Part shown: positions 25,901 through 38,000 of the stretch, one piece after another
How the letters are laid out: every line of letters begins with the position of its first letter
Numbering within the stretch: the first letter of the stretch is position 1
The notes under the pieces: model-generated
The model's input: the letters and a program-made list of their open reading frames with translations, nothing else
Told to the model about the DNA's origin: nothing
The model's database searches: none
Assembly (NCBI RefSeq): GCF_003918875.1
Contig: NW_025767344.1
Location: forward strand, 434,001-498,000
Source: Haliotis rubra
Taxonomy: Eukaryota
Reading direction: 5' to 3'
DNA: 64,000 nucleotides
Translations under genes and position numbers: made by a program

Positions 25901-28900
25901 TACTTCTATATCACCACCCTGCACGCTGTCATCATCTGTAATCTCATATGTGTCGTCTGCTCTCAATCAGTGAATCAAAAGGGAGGGAGAACTGGTGCTC
26001 GTGATAGATATGAACAAACCACAGACAGTCTGAATGTTCATAAGCTTCACAAAGACACATCTTACCATGAGATGTCCAATCAGAGTGAGAAGTTAGACAG
26101 TGGTACATCAAGTATTACATGGTGGACGTCGGTGACATCAGTGGCAGCCATGTTTGTTGTGCTGATGCTGTGCCGGATATTGAGGAGATGGAATCAGACG
26201 GGAGACAAATGGCGAACTGTTCCTGACATTGGGGACTGGCTTGTCAGGTGAGATCTCGACCGGACACACTGGGGCGAACAGTATAATTACAAGAATGCAT
26301 ACTTCGATATTTCACTTTTTGAGGATGCCATATGCTTTTCTTAGTTGGATTTGAATATGATCAAATGCAAAACAGGCATTTTACACCTATCTCTCACTCA
26401 TTACTGCTTGCACATGTCAAGGGATAAAACAAATAACAGGGATATAATGGAAGAGAAATAACCATAGGTACAGAATGGTAATACAGTGGTATTATAAACT
26501 CAACAAAATAGATATAACTTATATGTATCCAGATAGCCATTACTGGTTGAGGTAGTGCATGTGAGGAATCAAAACAGGTGGGATGTAAAACGTATATTTT
26601 CATCATTCATTGTCTGTTGTTTCAGACCGGAGAACAAGTCTGCTCTATCAACTGTAGTGGTCATCTCTATGTTGTGTCTTGTTATCACCAGATGGCGTTC
26701 ATCATGTCTTATCCAATCATCTTGCAGTATTTTTGCTGTGATATCTGCCTACTGCTCTAAAGCGGCTACAGGTGTGATTGTGTTCCCAGGTGTATACTCT
26801 GGGGTGACCAAGTAAGAGAGCTATTATTTTTATGTACTTATATCATTATATAAGTAGCCAAAAAGGTTTTAACATTCCAAAATTTGTGTATTTCTTGGAC
26901 ATAGTATGCCACTTGATCAGCATATAGGATTTTCAGTAAACTACACTTAAATGTCACTGAGCAGCTGTGTACTGATTCCAAGTATTGCTTAATCCAAAAC
27001 GATGCTTGCATGATCATGCAATGTTAAGAAATCAAATGAGTTTTGCTTCACTGTCCATCTGAATCCCACTGTGATGTACAGTTATGACATTTATAATGAA
27101 CAACCATAAAATGAACTGATTGATATTAGGAACCGTTTCCTTTTTGGTCCCCGCCTGTTAGATATGGTTATAATGAACTAAAGTTATCTGGCACTTTGGT
27201 TCTGTTATTACCATAGTTTAATGTTGTGTGTTTATTGTCATGGTGTTATGCAGGCATAGTGAAGCTATTTCAGATATTCTACCTGGGAATGTAACAACAT
27301 TTAACATTAGAATTAACCAACCTTTTACCATAGGAATAGACCAATGTTAACATAGGAATGTCCAAACATTTATCTTAAGACTGAACTGACACTTAATGTA
27401 AGGACATACCCACATTAACATAAACTTTTACACATTGGCTGTTCCCAGAGGAGTCCCAGAAGCCCAGGTGACATACTTGATCCTTCTCCTAACGCTTATC
27501 CTGTTGCTATGGCAATGGAAGAGTCAGCGAGAGGATCCTGGGTACCAGACAGCTTACCTGTGGTCAGGCTTACAGACAATATGGCTGTTGGTCATGATGC
27601 TGTTGCTACGACCACACAATTCAGCCATGGTTGCCATGGCAGCTGCAGTAGAGGGCCTGGTGTCCAGTCACATGATCTCAGTTGTCAAGCTGCGTCCTGC
27701 ATTCCTGACTCTGTACTGTTTGTGGATGGGACAGGCTGCTTTCTTCTTCCAGGTTTGTCAGATGTCTTGCTCTTTAATTAATTGATTCGATTAAACGATG
27801 TCCTGACTGTCCTTGCTAAATCTCTTTGCAATTCCGTGAAGGTCCTGGTTAAAATATTGATCGTCAGTAACCCATGCTTGTCGTAAGAGGCGACTAACGG
27901 GATCGGGTGGTCACGCTCGCTGACTTGGTTGCCACATGTCATCGGTTCCCATTGCGCACATCGATGCTCATGCTGTTGATAACTGGATTGTCTGGTCCAG
28001 ACTCGATTACTTACAGACTGCCGCGCCATATAGCTGGAATATTGCTGAGTGCGGTGTAAAACTAAACTCACTCACTCTTTCTTAAGGTTTTCTAAACTTG
28101 TGAAAGGCCTCAGTCTATCCCCTTTTGTATGCTGTGTCAGTTGAATGGGATTGCTTGGATGTGATCAGACAAATGCCTTATATATTTTTTGACACAGAAA
28201 GTAGTACCTACTTGACTTGTTACATTTGCATATTTATTTACAGATAACCCCAATGGATACCTTTTTTTATCTGTTGGCTTTCACTTCAACACTACTCATG
28301 ATGAAAAACTAAAATAACCTTTAAGAGCTTGCCATTTAATATGATGTCATGCAGAATATGGATATACTGTGAAAAATTGCTTTAATTATTCACTTATATT
28401 TTTGTCATTTGTGTTCAAACTAGTGATTAACCTAAACATTCGAACCAGTACCACACTACTGGTAAGTCTGACCTGTCTGTAGAGGAATGTATCTGTGCAT
28501 CCCCAGGGCAACTCCAACAGCCTGTCCACAGTGGACGTGGCTGCTGGCTACGTTGGTCTCCAGGACTACAACCCTCTTCTCATTGGTTTGTTGATGTGTC
28601 TCTCCACTTATGCTGGACCAATCTTCTGGATGATCTCACTCCTCAAATACATCAGCATGGTGGACGGCAACTTAGACGACATTTCCAAAACCAACAAGTA
28701 ACCATCTTCTATCATAATGTTAACATTCAAAACACAATAATGACTATGATGTCTGTGCAGTACTGAATTTATTATTTTTATTGGTTCATTATATGAAAAA
28801 ATAGAGTGAACCTTTGAACCAGCAATGGCTGGATACACTCGAATTGGGGATCACATATTGTACCTATGTGGGAAATCAAACATGGGTCTTTGATGTGATG

Positions 28901-29669
28901 GGCTAATGCCAGTGTTCACGAATGGTGTTTCAAAGTAACAGGACATTGGGTCCTGTAAGTTTCAGATGTCTGTCTGACCCATTGAAAATTCACAGGACCC
29001 ATAGAATAAAACACACATTTCAGATTTAACATTTCTTATAATTTGCACTGAAATTATTAACAAACATATAATATTTATAAACAGCAAACAAGTGTTACAT
29101 GTCACATATAACAACTTCAGTCAAAGTCATTGTGAAATATACAGTCAGACACTGGGTCCGGCAGATTGTAGACTTCTATCGGACCGTTGGCAAATCTGCC
29201 GGATTTGTCAGAGGGTCAGACGCTATTCGTGAACACTGCTAATGCTTAAGGCTAGGCTACCCAATTGTCTATATTGTCCACGCAAAATATATACCAAACC
29301 TATCTCATTCCTTGATTTGTTTTAATGATACATATGTCTGTCTGTTCACAACATAAGTAAATGTAAACTTTCAAGTTGTATTGAGTACATTGGGTGAGGC
29401 ATGCTGATTCTGTGTTCTCTATTTTCAGACTGAAGGTTCGTCACCAGGAGGCTGCAGTGACCATATTGATGTCCCGAGGTCTCCCACTGTCTGTGTATTG
29501 TGTGCTTGTGACCATTGAGAGGTACCACCTGTTTGTGTGGACGGTCTTCTCCCCCAAGTTGTTGTATGAAGGTGTGACTACCGTCGTCCTGTCAGTGTTT
29601 GCCATACTCCATGCAGTCCTAGCACACAGTCACCACAGTACCACCAAAGGCAGAAAAATGCAGGAGTGA
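19973..29669 (+). CDS. PIGG: GPI ethanolamine phosphate transferase 2, 12 coding exons (apparent 1-bp frameshift near 20026-20029)
   Basis: Exons 19973-20304, 21338-21547, 21924-22112, 22363-22507, 23152-23367, 24476-24693, 25066-25326, 25796-26247, 26626-26811, 27449-27752, 28507-28697, 29429-29669. Motifs: FLKGFFP, VIDALRADF, PTVTLPRIKALTTG, GDDTWMKLFP, LHYLGLDHIGH, GDHGMSDQGGHGG, QIDVAPTL, SSSFVEEEHQTWY, GNSNSLSTVD, RYHLFVWTVFSPKLLY. Confidence 0.92.
21012..21195 (-). mobile_element. SINE family A copy
   Basis: Reverse complement of the family A body, with a (GAGT)n tail. Confidence 0.75.
22492..22690 (+). repeat. 34-bp tandem repeat spanning the PIGG exon 4 donor
   Basis: CATGATGTTGTACCAGGTAAGTAAAGCCATTCTT, about 6 progressively diverged copies. 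Confidence 0.9.
24082..24216 (+). mobile_element. tRNA-derived SINE family A (5'-truncated copy with TSD)
   Basis: B-box GGTTCGATTCC, body ATGGGTACAATGTGTGAAGCCCATTTCTGGTGTCCCC, tail GCTGGAATATTGCT..(ACTC)n; 11-bp TSD CATAAGTTAGA. Confidence 0.85.
27833..28077 (+). mobile_element. SINE-like family B with a structured non-tRNA head
   Basis: Head CCGTGAAGGTC..TAACCCATGCTTGTCGTAAGAGGCGACTAACGGGA. The 3' tail GCTGGAATATTGCTGAGTGCGGTGTAAAAC..(ACTC)n is shared with family A. Confidence 0.75.
28910..29238. mobile_element. MITE (hAT/P-like ends) nested in a SINE
   Basis: TIR CAGTGTTCACGAAT / ATTCGTGAACACTG with flanking duplication CTAATGC. It interrupts a minus-strand tRNA-SINE (~28825-29265). Confidence 0.75.
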
Positions 29670-29992
29670 TAATCACCAGGAAGTGATGAAGAGAACAAGA
29701 ACCTTTGTAATAAACTATTAACGTATGTTTTGGCTTCACTGTTTTAGAGTGGTGAACGCACTGACAGGAACAACCCCTAATATTTTGAAGAATGCAAACA
29801 AATAATGTTAACAATCAGCATATCATCAAACAAGACATTTCTATAGGGTCTTCCTCCTTGCCCACGTCCTATTGGTACAAATTCACCACTTGTTTTTGGG
29901 ATGAGACAAATAGGAAGTCACCATTTCTACCTTTACCATTAGGCTGACAGGGTGTAATACTTTCCCCTGACAGCCCACTTGGCTTGGAAAGG

Positions 29993-30100
29993 TGAGTGAG
30001 TGAGTGTGGTTTTAGCAAAATTTAGCAATATTCCATCAGTAACATGGCATGGGACACCAGAAATGGGCTTCACACACTGTACCCATAGGGGGATTCAAAC
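29993..30100 (-). mobile_element. SINE family A copy (partial)
   Basis: GGACACCAGAAATGGGCTTCACACA plus a (GAGT)n tail. Confidence 0.7.
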
Positions 30101-30267
30101 CTTATTTCAAACCATGGGGATGGAACATCTCAGAAGGCGAGGTCACCTGCAGTGAGTTCCTGAAGGGGCTTGTGGGACTTCAGATATCTTGTGTTGTAAG
30201 ATACTGAATTCAGTCTACTATACACATGTAAAAACAGACACATAACTTTTGTATATCTTGAACTCAA

Positions 30268-30291
30268 AATAAAGAAATAAAGCTGTTTATT
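30268..30291. terminator. Back-to-back poly(A) signals between the convergent PIGG and Ldh_2 genes
   Basis: Two AATAAA on + (30268, 30276) next to TTTATT (30286), which is AATAAA on -. Another + AATAAA lies at 29709. Confidence 0.35.
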
Positions 30292-31580
30292 ATGTAAGCT
30301 AAGATCTGAGCCAGCTCACCCTGTCTATCAAGTTTCAAAAACAATCATAAACATATTTCACACATTCCTGCTCTTGCAGTGATTTGTCAACAATGTTACT
30401 TTCTTGCACCAAAGAAATGGTCATAAAAACATTCATATCGTTCAGTAGTGACTCACAATGGCCGGAACAAAGATGTAAACATCAGGACGGCAGTGGTATA
30501 TACATTCTTTTTGTGAAGATACAACAAAACATTTAGCATCTTCCTGAGTAAGTGAGTACATTTACTGTAAAAATTCCAACAGTTGGCTGAAACTAGGCTG
30601 GAATTTTGTAGCTCATAGTGCCACCTGTGACTAATATGATTTATGTCACTTATATCCCTCCTATTGACCAATCAGAATTCACTTTATATCACAGTTATGT
30701 CCCATGGTTAAAGCAAATGGTGGCACCCCGTTAACATAATCTCATCAATTATCAACATCTGTTATGTAACAACACAGGTCTTACCTTGTGAAGTGCATCA
30801 ACTTACTTGTGTACCTTGATTAAAAACATGCTTTGGAAAATTTCTGCCTGAAATTTGCAAGATTTACAAAGCATGCTTTCTACAGAAATCTTCAAGGCAG
30901 ATTGTGAACCAGATGTCAATTTCATTAAGTGATTATAACTGGACTATACAAAAAAACTTGTTACTCCAGTCAAAACATAAGTGGGAAATTCCAGGCTAGT
31001 TTGGCAATGGTGGAAACTGGACATTTAAAAAGTACACTGGCAAAAAAACAAACCTAAAAACTTGGTACTGTCGGTTTCTATACCATACAAAACATTTCCC
31101 TCATGAACAAATAAAACTGAAAGTTGTTTATGTAGGTGAGCACATATCAGGTGAGTTCAGTTGAGCATTACGATGACCTTCACTTCATTCACTGTACATT
31201 AATCTGCTCTGGCTTATCCCCACAATACCCAGAAACATGGCCATACTCCGATGTTCATGCTGGAGTTCACATCAGAGTATGCTTCGAGTGACTACACTGT
31301 CTGCATTTGTTTCACACCTAGTTTGTTGGACAGATCAATCTGAAATAATGATACATGGATGTCACGCAAGTTATTTGAAAACATGGCAAACACTGATACT
31401 GACAGGGACATCGCATCACTTGCTCAAACGGGTTGGCAATGGCTGATCTAACTGATTGTATGTAGTTCTTCCTCGCAGCATGGAAACTTGTTCACGTTCA
31501 TTTACCATTCCTTACAGGCTGCCATGAGAGAGCTGGGATATTGCTCACTGTGGCATAAAATAATATTCACTCACTGTTAA

Positions 31581-31889
31581 GGGACCGTTCATAATTTATG
31601 GCTAGGGGGTGATGATGATTTTAAAGGGGGGTGTCACCCATTTTGTTCTGGGGAGCTAGGGGTCAACAATTTTGTACATTTACTGGGGGTCAGCAATTTT
31701 GTACATAAAAATATTTTATTATTATGCTTAGAAATTATGGGAAGGGGAGGGGTCATTGATTTTGTATATGACATGCAGGGGGGTTACTTATTTTGTACAT
31801 GAATTTTAGGGGGTGGGTCATTCACATTGTACATGCTTCTCCATAAAAATCATCATCACCCTCCCAAACCATAAATTATGAACGGTCCC
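31581..31889. mobile_element. PIF/Harbinger-type MITE
   Basis: TIR GGGACCGTTCATAATTTATGG / CCATAAATTATGAACGGTCCC with a TAA duplication on both sides. Confidence 0.85.
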
Positions 31890-32051
31890 TAACTACAGCT
31901 TTTGTTTATCTGGTATTTCTGAAGATGCCAGTGGTAGTGGACCTTGGATTTGCTACATTGTATATTTGCTGAACATATTCAAAACATGGGCTTTAGGTAA
32001 GTATTCAAGGATTGAACACAAGGATTACACACAATACTGTATGTTACATAC

Positions 32052-35000
32052 CCCGAACTGTATCTGATTCGGATGGTACGGTATTCCTCCCCTGCGGGTA
32101 CACAGCTCGATGTGTTTCCTCTCAGGGTCCCCAGCAACCAGAACCTCAGTCTCTCCCTCGGCCTGCAAATGTTTGTTGAACAGGGATGCCAGCTGAAATG
32201 TCTTTTCTGAACCTGCCCTTCTCCTCAGTCCTGCTCTATCTCCAAACCCTGCCCTTTTCAAACCATGCTTTTCCCCACATCCCGGCTCTTTCCCCTGAAA
32301 CCATCTCTTTCTTCCCCTGTACCCGGCAGTTTCTTTTTTCTATGAACCCTGCTCTTCTTCTTCCCTGTTTAATCCCCCGAATACATCTCTTCCTTCCCCT
32401 GCTCTTCCTACTTCTGAAACTTGTTCTTCCCCCTTAAACCTGCGTTTCCCCCAAACACTTTTCTTCCCCAAATCCTTGCTCTTCCTCCAAATTTTGCCTT
32501 CACCAAACCCAGCTCCTCCTCCAAATTTGCTTTGCCCCAGATCCCTGTTCATCCTCAGAACCCTGCTGATCCCAGATCCCCTTTCCACCATGAATTCTAC
32601 TGATAAACATACCGGCTCTAGTGTCCGATACGTGTTCACCAAAGCTGACATTCTGTCATGGAAACCAGGTGCAAAACAATCAGGGTCGATGGCAATGAAG
32701 CACTGTCCCTAAATAGGATTCAAATAATACAAAATAAAAAGCATCATCTACAAATACATAATACATAATTATGTATATATAATTCTTAAGACATCTGACT
32801 GTGTTTTCATAGTTGTTAATTTTTAAACTTATCCTATCTCACGGTATGCACCTCTCTTCTTCTTTTACGACCATGTGTGGAAACGTGCTGTAGGCTAAGT
32901 TGAATCAAAACTTCCTGGCCTCTGACCACCTGACCTCTGCCCCCACTCCGATAGCAGTACCTGTCAATCATCTCAATAAGCGTGCAGATCGCTCAGATGA
33001 TCACGTGACGATCTGTGCCTGTCATTCTCTTTCTTGTCGCTACGTCGTGTGGACGTGTGCTGATTCTTAGTGAGATTTTGTCTGTGTTCAATATGGGTAA
33101 ATCTCGTTGAAGTGTAATAGTCACTTTTCTGCTGTGAACCCACATGCGTTGTGTGTGGATTGTTTGGGATGTTGCGACTGTTTGCACCGTTGTACCTATT
33201 GTGATCAACTTGATGATCGGCGGGTGGCTTCCCAACGTTTGACTGACAGGGATCGCCGTAAACCCTCGGAAGGTCCTTCCTCATCTAAACATTCGAATTC
33301 TGAACGTCGTACGAAGACACCTGTTCGGCGGTCTAAGTCCCCGCCTCCGAGTAAAGAAGTAAAGATGATGCTTCAGATTCTCATCTGAGTGAGAATCCCT
33401 ATTTATTTCGTCGCAGCTGTCCAGTCCAATTGTGATTCAAGATTGCCTAGAGTTGTAGTTTTAACTACTTCTTCTGGCCAGTCTTATCCGTCTACCCTGG
33501 TGACGATTTCTCAGAACCCTGGTGATCCTACAAAACGATTTTTCCAGTGCGGCGCTTGGATTAATGCCCAGCATTCACTCTCAAGCGGCGAATACATTCT
33601 GTTCAGCGCTTTCCAGCACGGTGATTGGCACTACACTTTCTACCCATGCACCGCTTGTTTCCAGTTCGGCACTTTGTCCCGGTTCGTCGCTCTTGTACCC
33701 CCCTGTGATGTCCATAAGTATGGCGTTGAGTTCCAGTATGGCGCTTTCTACATCTGACTCGTATGCCGTACCACCTGTCTATGGATCACTGCCTAATTCC
33801 AGTGTGCTGCTTACCTCCGGAGCGCTGCATGCTTTCTATACGCCGGTTGGGCCTTTACTGTCGGAGCGCCACTTGCTTTCTATGCGCCGCTTGCTCCCCG
33901 TTCGGAGCTTACTGTCGGAGCGCTGTTTACTTCCAATGCACCACTTGATCTCGGTTCGGCAGTTACTGTCGGAGCGCCGCTTGCTTCCAGTGTACCGTTT
34001 TCTCTTGGTTCCATGTTGCCGCCTTTGCCAGGTCATCCACCCATGCCAGCCTCTGGTTCTACTTTGCCTCCTACTTCGGGGACTAAGTCTATCACCTCGG
34101 CTAGGCCTATTTTACCGGGTTTCTTGGGATCCGTCGTCTGAGGGTTCTGCATCTTGACCTCTTGATTTTGATGCCATCGTTCATGCTGTGGCCTCGGTGT
34201 TACGTCAGCAAGTCCCAGCTCCATCCTCGACTGTTCAGCCAGCAGGCTCTCCGACCGTTCCACTTCATTCCGTGGATGAAGCTCCTCACTCGGTTACACC
34301 CTCTCCTACTTCAGATGGCACTTCGGCTTCAGTTGTAACATTGATGCAGTCGACACAACTCAGTTACTGGTTTGGATTGCTGATAACCTTCGACTACCTC
34401 GTAGCAGTTCACCTTTGGACTTGTTGACAAGCTTTGATATGAAACCGGGTGATTTCAGTTCTATCACCTTCCCAACTCGTCCCTGCATTACTCACCTTGC
34501 GGCAGTTGACAACTTAAGGCAGGTTAAAGATGGGTTTGCGGCACCCCGCATTAACTTGGCGGCTTCCCATGTTCATGGCTTTTCTACGTTGATTGTCTCT
34601 CCTTCTGTGGATGATGACGTCACGCTTTTGGGATCTAATCAGAGAGCCTATTCTTCTTTTCTGGTTGAGGACCATGAGTTGTCGCACCTGGATGGCGCCA
34701 TTCGGAGGATCTTAGCTCCCCTCAACTTGGTTTTGACGGCGACTGAAGCTGTGGCTATGTCTGTCTTACTCTTTAACGGGGCTATAAGAGATATAGCCAC
34801 AAAGGTTGGGCAGGATGCTCATTTGCAGGTCTCTGTGAAGTTATTGAAATTTCAGTGGTTTCAAGTTAAAGATTCATTGCGTCAACGGCGGCCAGCTAGC
34901 TATGTGCTGACCAAACCAGATCTTCGTTCAGGACCTCCTACTTCTTTTCGAGGAAGAGGTTCGACCAGACGGCGTTCCAACCGTCAGCGCCGGTCGTTCA

Positions 35001-38000
35001 CTTCTAGACCAGCTTCCGGTTGCGATTGGTCCTCCACTCAGAGGACCCAGAAGCAGTGACTTGCAGACGTCAGAGCACGATTGGGTCCTTCCGCCTCCAA
35101 TTGTACCTATCAAGGCTTCCCAAGTAGGCGGAAGACCTGGGATTTATGCCCTCAATTGGACCATCTTGGACGACACTTACGTTCTCTCCACTCTGTCCAA
35201 GGGGTTTCAACTTCTGGTCATTGGCAACTCTCCTCTCACATTATTTCCGGGGCACAGGATGTATCCTGCTCGTCACACGACTGTGCTGTGATCCACCATT
35301 GCTATGCTTCTTCAGAAACTTGAGATCGAATCCCAGGGTTTTACTCTCCAATCTTTCTTGTTCAGAGGAAGGATTCCGACAAATTGAGACTCACCTTCAA
35401 CGATATGTTCCTCCAATCCACTGCCTCAGTTCCGTTTGGTGTTGGTGGCTCTACTCAAGACTATCATCAAACTGGGGGATTACATGGTCAGTCTCGGCAT
35501 TCAGGATGCGTATGTTCACATCCCGATCTTCCCGGACCATCGTAAGTTTCTTCGTTTCGCCTTCGAGGGCACCCACTATCAGTGGCGGTGCTCCCGTTTG
35601 GAATTTCTTCGGGCAATTTACACGGGTGACGAAGCCCATCACCAGCTTCCTCCATTGCAAGGAGATACTGTTCGAAACTTAGAAACTTCAGGCTCAGAAC
35701 GACCGTGCACTCATTCGTCACATGGGGTTCACGATGCTGCTACTTCACCAGTTAGGCTGGCTTGTCAACATGGAGAAGTTGGAGATAGTCCCTTCACGCC
35801 GCCGCCTGCAGTTTATCGAGGCGGTGTTCGACACAGAGCTGAACAGACTGTTTGTGCCGAGGGACCGTTTCTACAAGATTCGGCGATTAGTTCCCCTTGC
35901 GTAGTCTCAACCCAGGACTCTTCGTCAATGGCAGGAGCTGTTGGGTCTCTTGACGTTAGCCTAAGGGGCTTTCAGCTTCAAGCTTTGCAGTTATTCCTGG
36001 CTCCACACATCAGGGTCGTCAACCCGCTTTCCCTGATCACGTTACCTCCGGCGTTCCATCCCCATCTCCTCTGGTGGATGGAAGAGTTGAACATCTGCGG
36101 TGGAGTCTGCTTGAGGCCGTTCGTCCCGACTCACCACCTGTAGGTGGACGCATCTCTACACGGGGTCGGGGCTCACCTTCTTGATCAGCAGATGGCAAGG
36201 CGGTGGTCTCTCGCAGATCGCGCTTACCACATCAACATTCTAGAGCTCAGGGCAGTGATTCTTTCCATCACTCACTGGCAAGAGATTCTACGATCGACCT
36301 CTCTCATGGTCTGGTCGGACAATGCAGCAGTAGTATGGTGAATCAACTGGATCGGGTCGACAGGGTCGCCGTTTCATCCCTCCCCGACAGAGTGGAAACT
36401 ACATCCACAGGTGTCCCATACCATCTGCCTTCCGCTAACGACTCAACAGTGGATCTGTTCGCCACTCGTTTAAACCTACAGTTGCCTCTGTTCGTGTCTC
36501 CGATCCGGACCCTCTTGCCTGGGGTCTCGACGCTCTAGCCATTCCTTGGGACGGCCTAAACGTGTACACGTATTCACCAGTGGCCTTACTTCCATGCATA
36601 CTACTGAAATTGCGCACGACTCAGCGGATGACACTGCTTTTGGTCGTGCCCTATTGGCTGGCCAGAGGGTGGTTCGTCGATCTACAAGAACTGGCCGATC
36701 CAGATCCTGTACCACTTCCCGAACATGTCGATCTTCTGGTGCATCCGCACTCCAATCAGCTGCATTGGTCTCTGCTCACACTCCATCTTCACATTTGGCG
36801 CATCTCCATAAGGGCAATGGGATATTCTAAGCGTGTTGCTACTGCCATCACTACAGCGCATCGTACCTCCAGTAGGTCACTCTATGATGACAAGTGGAAG
36901 AAGTTTGAGGCGTACTGCAGGACGAAGGGTATAGCTTCTCCCACTACTGTTTCGCCGCAGTTGGTGGCATAGTACCTCCAACAACTTTGAACCTACAGGA
37001 AACTTAAGGGTTCTACATTGTTTACTTACCTGGCTGCTCTTAACACTGTTATTGTGCCAGCCACAGGTGTGATGGTGTCTACAGTTCCTGAGCTCCAGTT
37101 TCTCCTCAGATCTTATAAACTTGCTGACCAATCCCGGAAGTTCCGACCACCAGCTTTGGATCTTTCTTTTGTGCTTAATCATCATATGTCAGCGGATTAC
37201 AAACCTTTGGAGGGAAAAGTCTACTTGGCTGCTTCTAAGGACTGAGCAAGAGACTCTTCATCCCGTTGTCTGCTGCCTCCACCTCGGAAGTCTCGTGCAT
37301 CACTTTGGCGTTTTGGATGAGATCCACTATCCTGCGTGCCTATGGCTATGCCGACCTTCCTCAACCTTCGACAGCGAATCCTCATGAAACTCGGGCCCTA
37401 GCTTCCACCATGGCGCTTCATAGGAACTGTTCCCTTCAGGCAATCATGGTGGGATGTTTTCGCCTCACACTATCTTCGGGATCTCTCGGTCACGGATTAG
37501 TTCGGTCCTCTGGTCCTAGCTCAGCAGCTGTCATCGACCCGTGCTCGCAGATGAGAAGCAATCCTTCCGCGTGTCGGTTTTGCTTTCTGTACTTGAGCAA
37601 CCGGGCTATTCCATCTTTCACTGCCTTCCAGTGTGTGTTTGTCGGGGGTAGTTTTGAAGCAGGGACTGTCCAGATTAAGGTATTCGACTTTAATTCGCTG
37701 GGGTCACCTGATAAATCGTGGGGAGGCGGGGTCTATTTGCCAAACTGCGTCCTTTTGCTTGTCAAAAGTTGTGGCTGAAAACCACATTAATTCAGGACCG
37801 CCCACTCCCTAGAGTTTTTGTGCTGTGTAAGCTAAGGGGTTATCAGAAGCAACCCATCACAAGTTAGCATATCGGGAGTTGGTGCTTTCTCCTGGCCTCC
37901 TTGTGTTTTGCGACCTCACGGAAGTAGAGCTGACACAGGGTAATCTGTGGCCCACCAGCCAACCGTGGGATAATGCATACCATGAGATAGGATAAGTTTA

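Noticed and set aside
30260-30330. Candidate last exon of Ldh_2 (GELAQILAY..)
   Set aside because: The acceptor is plausible but similarity to the expected C-terminus is too weak to call.
33522-34157. 211-aa ORF with LLSERxLL repeats as a novel protein
   Set aside because: Out-of-frame reading of the low-complexity gag region of the decayed DIRS element.
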